Shown piece after piece: positions 49,866 to 60,936 of a DNA stretch of 64,000 nucleotides (positions are counted from its first letter, which is position 1; each line of letters starts with the position of its first letter). This DNA is from Ostrea edulis (lineage: Eukaryota): NCBI RefSeq assembly GCF_947568905.1, contig NC_079173.1:21762001-21826000 (forward strand), read 5' to 3'. A model generated the notes under the pieces. That model did not search any database, was not told the origin of the DNA, and worked only from the letters and a program-made list of their open reading frames with translations. The translations under genes and the position numbers were made by a program.

Positions 49866-50870
49866 TAAGCTGTCTTTCAAAATTGTCAGCTAAACGTTTT
49901 TCATATAGGGATTATTTCATGTAATATCAAGCGCCGAGCTAACCACAATTCATATGAATAGATAATTTGTACTTATATTACTCTATCGTAAGTATGCATT
50001 TGTTTAGGAGTGTAAAACGTATTTACATTCGCTAATGCATAATAGTACACCTGATATTCAAAGTTCTCTAATGTGTATTTGGTAAAAGTTAATGAGTATT
50101 TACGCTCATACGAACCTAAACTGAAGCTCTGAATTTCAGAATCAGACAGATTGTAACTTTTGCTTTTTCGGGTGTCATTTATTTAATTCATGGGAATTTC
50201 CTTCCATATTTCCAATCTATTCATTGTTTTTGCTGTTACAACATCATTTGGTAGTCCATGCCAAGGGTCTATAATATCAAGATTTCCTCTTGTCTTGGAT
50301 ATATATATATATTTTTAATGACCCATTGTTAATGATGGAATAATTTCAAATAGGCCTAATATCGTTACATACAGAAGTTCTCGGAATATAACATTCAAAT
50401 ACACACCATTTGTTTAGTTTCAGTTTAAAAATAATAATAGATACATCCAGCACACAATACAAACCGATTCGTTCAGTTCCTGTTATTTCACTTTTTTTTC
50501 TCACCAAATTTTTCTACGTCGGTTAAAAAGCTCTACAAAGCTTGTGTTTGACATGTTGAATGTATATAGTGCCGACTTTAAATAAAATTTACTTTACTTT
50601 TTACGTCGTCAAGTGGGCCTAAAATGTGATTATTTCGCGGTTATACTTTGCCTTTCATCAGTTTAACTATTAATTCCCATTCAATAAATCATTAATGAAC
50701 AATGAGTGACTGAGGGTGGTAAGTTAGAATATTTCGCGTATCTCGTTCGTATGGTTGTGTTACCTGTCGGCTGTCAGGTGCGAACTCAAGCATCATAAAA
50801 TGTGAGTGCTCGCTAGGCCCCCTAATCAACATACAATCATAATCAATGATGTCTCTGTCTGTCATCTTAC

Positions 50871-50958
50871 CTGTACTGGTCACGGTACAAGTTAGGAAAA
50901 GCACACACCAGCACAACTGAAAGGCATGGACGATATCACGTTTTCCACGGATCAGCAT
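50871..50958 (-). CDS. Gene 1 (WSC + PKD-domain, polycystin-1-like) exon 1: signal peptide MLIRGKRDIVHAFQLCWCVLFLTCTVTST
   Basis: ATG at 50958, hydrophobic Cys-rich signal-like stretch, strong donor ACAG|gtaaga at 50870. Phase 1 end matches the phase 1 start of the exon at 41659. CpG-richer region lies upstream. Confidence 0.75.
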
Positions 50959-50959
50959 T

Positions 50960-51250
50960 CTCCGTCAACTTTTGCTACTTTCATGTTTCTTTCCGAACTT
51001 TTGTATTCATACTCCAATTCGTAAGCGGCGCGGGGATTGATAATTTTTTGCCCACATATTTTTTCTACTATGAAAAAATGCAGACGACTTGTTCAAAGTT
51101 ACGTCCTCGCAACAAGAATATACATATTATATCTGGGTTTTGAGGCATAGTGTATTAGTGTGACGTCAGTTGCTGAGATCTACTTTTTTTCGCGGCGTGT
51201 TTGCGTTTACTCAGCATCCCAAACACACGGAAAGGTCATGTGCACCTACC

Positions 51251-51298
<48 letters not shown>

Positions 51299-51420
51299 CG
51301 AAAAGAGAGGGAGAGAGATTTGAGATATTATTATTTCCTCCAAATTAATGGAATATTATAGATCTAGGCCTAGCCTAGTTATAAATCATAATGGTGAGTA
51401 GGCCTATAGGCCTAGATATA
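50960..51420 (-). promoter_or_regulatory. Putative promoter/5'UTR region of gene 1, with CRE palindrome TGACGTCA (51161-51168) and (CT)n tract (51254-51294)
   Basis: Locally CpG-richer (gcggcgcggg, cgcggcg), directly upstream of the signal-peptide ATG. TSS unknown. Confidence 0.4.
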
Positions 51421-51957
51421 AGTTTTTGTCAATATATTTGAATGGGTGTTAAATAATCTACACTGAATTGAGAAATTAGGACAATTGTTATTAATCTGAG
51501 ATTTTGTATTATGTTACATGTAATAGGTTAGTATATGATGTGCGCCTCTTGTTTGGTAATCGTCAATAAAGCATTTAATTGAATAAATTTCATTTTATGT
51601 AAGATTTATTTTCAAAGCTTAACCTACACCTTTCAAGATATCACAACCATAAAAATTGTCTTTCATGATACTGATATTCAGACAAGGCATCTAGGCCTAC
51701 TCTAGCTTCTGAGTATTGATTATATAATATTTTTAAGCAAAGTTTCTCTGTCGTCCTAAAGGTTAATTCTATTACCGAAACAGTCAAGAATTTGTAAAGC
51801 AGTACTGAAGCAAAATTGTTCGTTTTAACGTTCTCCATTGAAAGATAGAAGATTACATAATAAGGGAAGAAACGTTGATGCTTTCAATCTTTTAAATATT
51901 TTTTAAAGCACCGAAGAACAAATTAATTAAATTTGCTCAAAATAATAAGCAACTTTT

Positions 51958-51999
51958 CAGTGGCGTAGCTTCCATTGAGGCAACCGAGACAGCTGCCTC

Positions 52000-52033
<34 letters not shown>

Positions 52034-52143
52034 AAACAAAAAAAAAAACACCTTTTACGTTGTTAAAATGTCAATAGCTTCTGGGGGGCTGCGCCCCCCA
52101 GACCCCCTGCCTCGGTAATATTCGAACCCAAGCTACGCCTATG
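51958..52143. mobile_element. Possible PIF/Harbinger-like MITE
   Basis: ggcgtagct...agctacgcc TIR core; internal gggggctgcgccccccagaccccc hairpin. Confidence 0.45.
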
Positions 52144-52765
52144 CTTTTAAAACACAATAATTTTTTTTTTCTAAAATGGAGGGTGAGTTACGATAGTGTC
52201 GTCCCCGAACGTTAATATCCCAACATTATCTATTTTGCTTAAACGTTGTAGAACAAAGGTCGTAGCTTTTTACTATATCAAGTTTTGGGGCAAGCACCTT
52301 TTAAAAATATGGGACTGAGAGGGGTCAAGTATTTTCCCTATGATTGAAAATTTTCAAAGTTAACAAGAATTTTTAAATTGTTGTTGAAGGAAATATTCGT
52401 TTTGACATTCTCTAACTACTGATACATATGTACCATCGGAAATATTATTGATTACACGATAAAGGATTCATTGTGGGAAAATATCTAATTAGATTATCTT
52501 GAAACTGGAGAATATTTGATTTGTTAATCATCGTCGAACAAAAGTTACGGGTAATGTCAAGACGTTTTTGACAATTATATTAAGTTCTAGGGTACAGGAG
52601 GGGACCAGAAATAGTTTATAATTTTTTTTTTTAAATACTTTGTAAAGGATCATATAACAACGATTGATGTGTATGAAATTATAGATTGTGAAAAGTATGT
52701 GGTTGGTTATATTCCATTGTCTCAGAACAGAATCGGACGAAGGGCCTACTAGTGGGGGTTTTTTT

Positions 52766-52806
<41 letters not shown>

Positions 52807-53085
52807 TTGTTTATGTGTGGGTTTTTTATTTGAGGGGGGGGGGGTATGATTATCGTTATAGTTTTTAATCATTTTTTTTTGTGTGTGTGTGTGTGTTAAT
52901 TTTGCTTGATAAGATATTTAAGACGAGGTGTGACCATTTCGAAAATTGCTGGATTCGCCACTAATCATTAAAGACAAACGTGTACATCTCCTTTTTCTTT
53001 CATTACTCTCAGGGAAAACGTTGATTTTTGTGTAGCCAATTCATTTCTGCCTTATTTAAAACCAATCCTTCCACTGTCATTACAG

Positions 53086-53392
53086 CGTTGTAGGACAATG
53101 GACCAAGTCTACGTTGTAGGACAATGGACGCTACGTTGTGGGACAATGGATCACTACGTTGTAGCACAATGAACCGCTACGTTGTGGGACAATGGATCAC
53201 TACGTTGTGGCACAATGGACCGCTACGTTGTGGCACAATGGACCGCTACGTTGTGGGACAATGGATCACTACTTTGTGGCACAATGGACCGCTACGGTGT
53301 GGCACAATGGACCGCTACGTTGTGGGACAATGGACCGCTACGTTGTGGGACAATGGACCGCTACGGTGTGGGACAATGGACCACAACGTTGT
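53086..53392. repeat. 23-bp minisatellite, ~13 copies
   Basis: RctacgttgtggSacaatggaYc repeated. Confidence 0.95.
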
Positions 53393-53759
53393 ACAAAAGG
53401 CCTTTTTCTCCCTGTGGTATTTAGGTTAATCCCCAAAACAACACGAACTAAGATCTTTATGCAACGCCTTATTCCTTAACATTTGAATATCCATCTTAGT
53501 GAATATCAACAATTTCCCGTCCACCCTGGCCCTGACCTTTTCATAATTCACTTTGAAATATTACAATAATATTAGATAATTCGATGCAACCTGCATGGTC
53601 TCTTAAGTAGCATTTTTTTAATAATTAATCCATAACTTAATAAGAAATAAATTCATGAATTAAAAAGGAGTTGTGGAAGGAATTTTGTTTTCTATAACTC
53701 CCCACTACCACCACAAATATATTTTTATGTTGCACATGACAAAATGCACTAAACACCAG

Positions 53760-54620
53760 GGTTTTGCTAGCTTATTTTTCCACCCCATTCACCTCTCAAA
53801 GTCAAAAAGAAATTCTGAAAACTTTCTGCACGTCTAAAGGACACTACCAATTATCTCCCAAAAATGATTTGGCTACTGCATAAAATGTAAGAGGGGTTTT
53901 AGGAACCAGCGTTTGTTATGTTTTGTGTGTGTGTGTGTGTTGGGGGGGGGGGGGTCCTTTCGAAAAACCCACCGTTTTCAACCCACATTTGGGTCCCAGG
54001 GTGAAAATGAAAATTGCGAATCCTTATTGCACATCTACAGGAAACCACCAATAATCATCCAAAGATAAGTTGCCTTCTGTGTAAAATTTAAGGGGAGTTC
54101 TGGGTACCTTTTTTTTTCAAAATTAAAAATACAATTAACGCTTTTTTACCCTAGGATGAAAATGAAAATTCCGAAACCGTATTGCACATCTACAGGACAC
54201 CACAAATTATCTTTCAGAAGATTCTTTGGCTATTGCGAAAATTGTAAGAGGAGTTCTGGGAACCAAGGTTTTTTATACACACATTTGGGCCCAGGATGAA
54301 AATGAAAATTTCGAAACCTTATTGCACATCTACAGGACACCATCAATCACCTTCCAACAGATGATTTGGCTACTTCGTAAAATGTAAGGGGAGTTCTGGT
54401 AACCATTTTTTTTTCTATTTTTACCAACAACAAAAAAAACAAAAACCCATCGTTTTCAATCCCCTTTTGATTTGGGTCCCAGGGTAAAAAATGAAAATTC
54501 TGAAACCTTGTTCATCTACGGAACACCACCAATCATCTTCCAAAAGATGATTTAATACTCACCGTTACTGCGTAAGATGTATGAGGAGTTCTGCGAACAA
54601 GGTTATTGCAAAAACCTTGA
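53760..54620. mobile_element. HINE-type core repeats, family G (~5 units)
   Basis: aaaatgaaaattccgaaaccttattgcacatctacaggacaccac... recurs. Probable 3' end at 55380-55460. Confidence 0.65.
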
Positions 54621-54844
54621 TAAATTTTGCGTATGATAGAAATATATCTTTTATTCTTTTAGGAATTTTATTCATTGGGTAAAAAAATCGGGTAAACTAT
54701 CGATACTGAAAAAGTTTATATTTCCCATAGATAATCAATCATTTATGATTTTTAAAAAGTCAGGGCAATAACTCCTATGCTGGAATTTCCTCTACTACAT
54801 GTCTATTACACAACGGTTTCACTTATATCCACAGTTAATCTATG

Positions 54845-55113
54845 TATAATTCCAATGTTATTTATTACAATTGTTTTGATTGGCCAAAAATAAAGCTGAA
54901 CAAGAGTTTATACATCAATAAATCCGAAAACGTGATGTATTCATACACGCCTGAAAACAAATAACATAGTGCGGGGGAACTATTTAAATTTTGCAATTGT
55001 TAATCAAGTGAATGAATTGGAATTATAAGAATCAAACATTCTTTTTGAAGAATTTATCGATGTGTAAACTCCGGACATCGATAAATTCTTCAAAAAGAAT
55101 GTTTAATCCTATA
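54845..55113. mobile_element. Second copy of the TATA-bounded hairpin element, hairpin tip deleted
   Basis: Aligns with 30521-30868 except for a central deletion. Confidence 0.8.
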
Positions 55114-55948
55114 ATATTTGTTGACATTTAAGTTTTGTCATTTCATCAAGTTTTGATCTATTTTCATTATTCTGTTTAACGAAAATGTGTGATTTTCTGA
55201 TGTTGACATACTGTATACTTTTGTTTTTGTCTGTCTATAATCTTTAAAAAGATGGCAACGTATGCATTTTCTTTGGTTATTAATTAAATTAAACTACATT
55301 GAATGGAAATTAATAAACTTTTTCCACGTTTAACCATTAATATTGATAAGTCACATGAGGATGGAATTACCTTAAAATAAAGAGGAGTTTGAGGAAGAAG
55401 AAAGTGTTACGGGCGGATGGACGGAGTAGGGTGACAGTATACCCGAACTTTCTCTAGAAATATTCTATGGAGCGCCAAATTAACATAAACTCAAATAATT
55501 GAAGATATATTTAATTATTTGAAGATATCATCAATTCATTTGATGCGCGCAACAACTCAATTAAAGAACCAGTCAAATAATTAGCGATATCTTCAATGCT
55601 TAATTATTGCGCGCATTCATTGAATTGTCGATAACATTAATTATTCTGTTGAATTGATGTGCTCTATAATTGAATTGTTGCTCTCTTGAAATGAACAATT
55701 GAATTGATGGATGCACGCTACAATTCAGTTGAAGAGAGCAGCAATTCAATAAATGTGCGCATCAATTCAAGATTGAATTCTTGCTCTCTTCAATTGAATT
55801 AAGGATAAAAAAAAATCTTCGAAAATCATTTTTTACTCTGTGCAACATAAAATAAATATCTATGAAAATTGAGACCATTACCAAGCTTGTGAAATCCGTA
55901 ACTTAGGGGTCATACGGTGGTAAAACATTAAATCTTTCGAAAAGCATC

Positions 55949-56160
55949 GTGGGGACCCTGGTTAGAATAGGTCCTCAGTACCCTTTGCTTGTCGTAAGAG
56001 GCAACTAAATCGGGCCGTCCTTCGGATGAGACCACAAAAACCGAGACCCACACAGCAGGTGTGGTACGATAAAGATTTCTCCCTACTCATTGGCCATAAC
56101 TGCCAAGCATAGGCCTAAATTTTGCAGCCCATCACCGGCAATGGTGACGTCTCCATATGA
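55949..56160 (+). mobile_element. SINE fragment
   Basis: Homologous to 49606-49865. Confidence 0.75.
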
Positions 56161-56329
56161 AAATTTGAAGTTATGTGTTAGGAGAACAGACTAATTCGTA
56201 TATCTTTAAAATAAACATGCACAGGTTTTTAACATTATTCTTTGACATGATTTCATAAAATTTCATTACATTTGGTCTCGTACAATATTTTCTGTGTAGT
56301 TATTCTTTTCTTATACTGGACAAAGCACT

Positions 56330-56690
56330 GTACTCTAATACAAAATGATATTTATCTGCAATTTTTGTTTCATTTCATAAAACACATAATCTTTCTTTAT
56401 ATGGTATACTAAACCATCGACCAGTCTCTACTGGGAGGCGATGGTTCGTGGTACGAAATTTCAAAAAGATGCTACTGAGTTTCTTAGGTGGATTTTCAAG
56501 ATAAGTTTCCAGACCAAAACTTGTTTTAAAAATTCTGTACATTGTACCCTTGGAAGAGCTAAAAACATCACTTGAACAAATCTGGACAAACTGATCCATA
56601 AGACTTTGTTTCACAGCGTTTGTTATCCATTTTTCATTCACAGTACCTTGTTCATACCATATATTAGAGAGTCCACATATGTTCAAATTT
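56330..56690 (-). pseudogene. Non-LTR retrotransposon (LINE, RTE-X/CR1-like) ORF2 C-terminal fragment
   Basis: CGLSNIW...MYRIFKTSFGLETYL...KFRTTNHRLPVETGRW...ERLCVL matches typical LINE ORF2 tails. Confidence 0.8.
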
Positions 56691-58103
56691 TGAACAATTT
56701 ACATACTGAAACATACTACAAACAATTTACACACTGAAACATACTACAAACAATTTACATACTGAAACATTCTACAAACAATTTACACACTGAAACATAC
56801 TACAAACAATTTACATACTGAAACATTCTACAAACAATTTACACACTGAAACATACTACAAACAATTTACATACTGAAACATACTACAAACAATTTACAC
56901 ACTGAAACATACTACACATGTACAAACAATTTACATACTGAAACATACTACAAACAATTTACACACTGAAACATACTACAGACAATTTACGTACTGAAAC
57001 ATACTACAAACAATTTACATACTGAAACATACTACACATGTACAAACAATTTACATACTACACATGTACAAACAATTTACATACTGAAACATACTACACA
57101 TGTACAAACAATTTACATACTGAAACATTCTACAAACAATTTACACACTGAAACATACTACAGACAATTTACACACTGAAACATACTACAAACAATTTAC
57201 ACACTGAAACATACTACAAACAATTTACATACTGAAACATACTACAAACAATTTACATACTGAAACATACTACAAACAATTTACACACTGAAACATACTA
57301 CAAACAATTTACATACTGAAACATACTACAAACAATTTACATACTGAAACATTCTACAAACAATTTACACACTGAAACATACTACAAACAATTTACATAT
57401 TGAAACATACTACAAACAATTTACACACTGAAACATACTACACATGTACAAACAATTTACATACTGAAACATACTACAAACAATTTACACACTGAAACAT
57501 ACTACAGACAATTTACATACTGAAACATACTACAAACAATTTACACACTGAAACATACTACAGACAATTTACATACTGAAACATACTACACATGTACAAA
57601 CAATTTACACACTGAAACATACTACAAACAATTTACATACTGAAACATACTACAAACAATTTACATACTGAAACATACTACAAACAATTTACATACTGAA
57701 ACATACTACAAACAATTTACATACTGAAACATACTACAAACAATTTACATACTGAAACACACTACAAACAATTTACACACTGAAACATACTACAAACAAT
57801 TTACATACTGAAACATACTACAGACAATTTACATACTGAAACATACTACAGACAATTTACACACTGAAACATACTACAGACAATTTACATACTGAAACAT
57901 ACTACACATGTACAAACAATTTACATACTGAAACATACTACACATGTACAAACAATTTACACACTGAAACTTACTACAAACAATTTACACACTGAAACAT
58001 ACTACAAACAATTTACATACTGAAACATACTACAAACAATTTACACACTGAAACATACTACAAACAATTTACATACTGAAACATACTACAAACAATTTAC
58101 GTA
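56691..58103. repeat. 28-bp minisatellite, ~49 copies, some with an 8-bp acacatgt insertion
   Basis: Unit acaaacaatttacaYactgaaacatact. Confidence 0.97.
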
Positions 58104-58388
58104 CAGCCACCAATTACATACTGAAACATATTACAATGTACGTACATCTGCATATGAACGCAATAAAAGTCATGTAAATGGGAATTTACTAGTAACAAAA
58201 AACAAAAAACAGAGATAGAGGAGTATGAATTTCATTATTTAATTTACAGATCACACATGTAGTTTCCCATTCTATATTTAACGCATCTCACAAAATTTAC
58301 ATAGAATATGGGAATATAATTATAATACTGTATGAAGTCGAACACCACCAATCTTGCTATAAAAAAAACCCCAACCCTCTATTTGATA

Positions 58389-58810
58389 TTAATGGTCAAA
58401 TTTGGTCGAAACTGAGAATGATTTTCCGATTTGTGAAATCCTCCATTTTAATCCAACTACAGACTCGCACTTCATTTCTGATTTGATTTCTCCTTCTTTA
58501 TTTTTTGCTTTATCTTTCTTCACTGACATTTTGAAATGTCTGCAGCGACCCCGTTTGACGTCACAACACAGTCTACGCACATCACTGAATACAATCAACC
58601 CTAACACAAGAACTGCCACAAAACACAGGGTACCGCCCACTATGTAAACAGAAGGCCGGGCATCCAGGACAGAGGTTCGCTGTCGAATTGACCTAGATAA
58701 GATACTTTTATCAATACTAAGCGCTTTCTTCAATGTTTCGACCTTGATCTTCAATTCAGCTTCATTTTCAATGATGACGTTTTGCGTTCTTCCGCATGGA
58801 CACAAACAGC
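58389..58810 (-). CDS. Gene 2 last exon: CLCPC + coiled-coil + 'RQRTSVLDARPS' + single TM helix + cytoplasmic tail
   Basis: Acceptor ttttaacattttag|GC, open to TAA at 58391-58389, hydrophobic segment VYIVGGTLCFVAVLVLGLIVFS. Phase 1 joins the upstream exon. Confidence 0.9.
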
Positions 58811-58872
58811 CTAAAATGTTAAAAACAAAACTTGTTGGAAATGTTCACTGTACTTTTATTTTGCTCAGACAC

Positions 58873-58991
58873 TAGCTGCAGATCTGTAGCTCTCTGGGGA
58901 AAAATATCAGTACAGACCCAGAGAGGTACAGATCTGGAGCTTTCTGGGGAAAATATTGGGACAGGCCCAGAGAGCTACAGATCTACAGCTA
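58873..58991. mobile_element. 119-bp foldback MITE, TAG..CTA termini, probable 9-bp TSD
   Basis: TIR tagctgcagatctgtagctctctggg / cccagagagctacagatctacagcta (1 mismatch). Flanks ctcagacac / ctcagatgc (7/9). Lies in the last intron of gene 2. Confidence 0.7.
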
Positions 58992-59189
58992 CTCAGATGC
59001 ATATTTATCTTTTCTTCATGTTACATTTACTTTTACGGTTATTCTTTAACACTGAGATCAGTTTCTATTTCTTTCTACCTGTTATACGGGTAACAAAATG
59101 GCTAAACTACAACGGACTTGAAATACATTGCTGAAGTTTTGATAACAAGTTTAGATTTTTAACATGGCAGTGAAATTGTTTTTACGTAC

Positions 59190-59714
59190 CCCGCTGTTTT
59201 GTAATTGGTGACACTGCATGCAGAAATGTTGAGTACAGTCTTGTCAATTTCGTGGTGGTAGAGTTCGATTCTATTTCTTGGAGAGGAGTCAAGTGGAATG
59301 TCGTTAGCTTGGGAGTAGTTGACTGTGTTGATGATGAAGTTGACTGTGTTGTTGATGAAGTTAGTGGTGGTGTTGATGAAGTTAGTGGTGGTGTTGATGA
59401 AGTTAGTGGTGGTGTTGATGAAGTTAGTGGTGTTGTTGACTGGCTGATAAATAGAGCTGTGTCCTGTGGCATTCTCGTTGTTGTTGACTTTGGTGTGGTT
59501 GATGTAGACGTCATCAAACGGAATGCCGTTGATAGTGACGTTCTTAAGTGGGATGCTGTCGACCTTAGGCTTTCTGACGTCGTTGTTGCGGTAAGAAATG
59601 TTGAGTTTTCTTTTGTAGACCAGGAGTTTGTTGAGGCCCGTGTTTTTGTCCTGTATGTAGTTGATTGAGGGGCTTTTGATTGGAATGTTGACTTTGGTCT
59701 CCTCTCAAATGGTT
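59190..59714 (-). CDS. Gene 2 mucin-like Ser/Thr-rich stalk exon, including (TSSTPPL)n 21-bp repeats
   Basis: Acceptor acaattacag|AA, donor G|gtacgt, 525 nt open, phase 1 to 1. Joins the last exon as ...TKQR-G-CLCPC. Upstream exons not found in the window. Confidence 0.85.
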
Positions 59715-60039
59715 CTGTAATTGTTAACTAAAAGTGTACATTTGATACCTAATATCCGTGTAAACATTTTCTGTCTGTCACGACAAGTATTTACTTTGAT
59801 GTGCCAATTGCAAATTTACGGTGGTATATTTAAGACGTGCAATATTTTTTTTTTAAAGTGTCATGCGCACGACTTATCACCTCGTTATATCTCGTTCAAT
59901 TTAAACCGATGATACGCGTTCCATTGTTGGTGACCTTTAACTTTGAACTTAATACTGCGGTACTGCGGGGACCAGAGATTTGTTACATCTCACTGATGTT
60001 TAGTTTCATAACAAATGATGCCAAAAATGGGATTGCTTT

Positions 60040-60440
60040 GTTACAATGTATATAAAGCCATCAATTATCTTCTCACATAGAAGTTCTTGAATAAATTCTG
60101 CTTCATAGGAATATATAAACTGTTCAGCTAACAAAGGAGTACAATTCCTGCGCATGGGAATTCCAATAGACTGTTGGAAGACCTGATTACCAAAGACTAC
60201 GAAGATATTGTCAATGTGGAACTTCAGCATATTTTTTATTTCAACTTCAGAGTACTTGTGCATGAAATCAAAGTGGTGTTTAACAAAGTAAATTTTTGGA
60301 TGACAGATCACTACATATGAATGTTTCGGTTTTCCATTTCTGTTGACGAAGCAACTGTCTATGATGTGAAAAAGTCTAGCCTTTAATTTATCACGAGGAA
60401 CGGTCGTGTTAAGTGTTGAAAAGTCATACGTTATCTATGG
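60040..60440 (-). pseudogene. Penelope-like retroelement reverse transcriptase fragment
   Basis: TYDFSTLNTTVPRDKLKARLFHII and IDNIFVVFGNQVFQQSIGIPMRRNCTPLLAEQFIYSYEAEFIQ, degenerate DFSTLYT and QxxGxPMG motifs of PLE RTs. Confidence 0.8.
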
Positions 60441-60623
60441 AATTCAATTACTTTAAATCACTTTAGATAGGAAAACTTATTGTTTGGAAAAAGGGGAACA
60501 TCAGAGACAATCAATTCTAAATCATTGTCATAATCTTTAACTCAACGAGAACCACATCAAATGCGCAGCACAGCCATAAGGTGTGTTAAATCGTTCCACT
60601 CTGCCCACTTTAAAGATATTTCA

Positions 60624-60707
60624 ATATGATGTGTTTGTAGGTTTATATGATGTGTTTGTAGGTTTATATGATGTGTTTGTAGGTTTATATGATGTGTTTG
60701 TAGGTTT
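60624..60707. repeat. 21-bp tandem repeat x4
   Basis: atatgatgtgtttgtaggttt. Confidence 0.95.
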
Positions 60708-60936
60708 AGGAGTCTACTGAACCAACGATTTCTACAATATTCGCATGAGTTTGATAAATTTTAAAGGAGAAATATCAAAAGATCAATGTCGGATAAAAAT
60801 TCAAATAGTGAGAGGAGGCCAGGGGTGGGGGTGGGTGGGGGGGGGGGGGGAGGGTGTAAAGCTCCCGCAATTCTATGGCATCCGACATCGATTTCCAATT
60901 TTCCATTCACAAATTATTTAAGTAAAACTTCGAATT

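Noticed and set aside
59252-59668. 138-aa Val/Asp-rich + strand ORF
   Set aside because: Antisense shadow of the Ser/Thr-rich exon.
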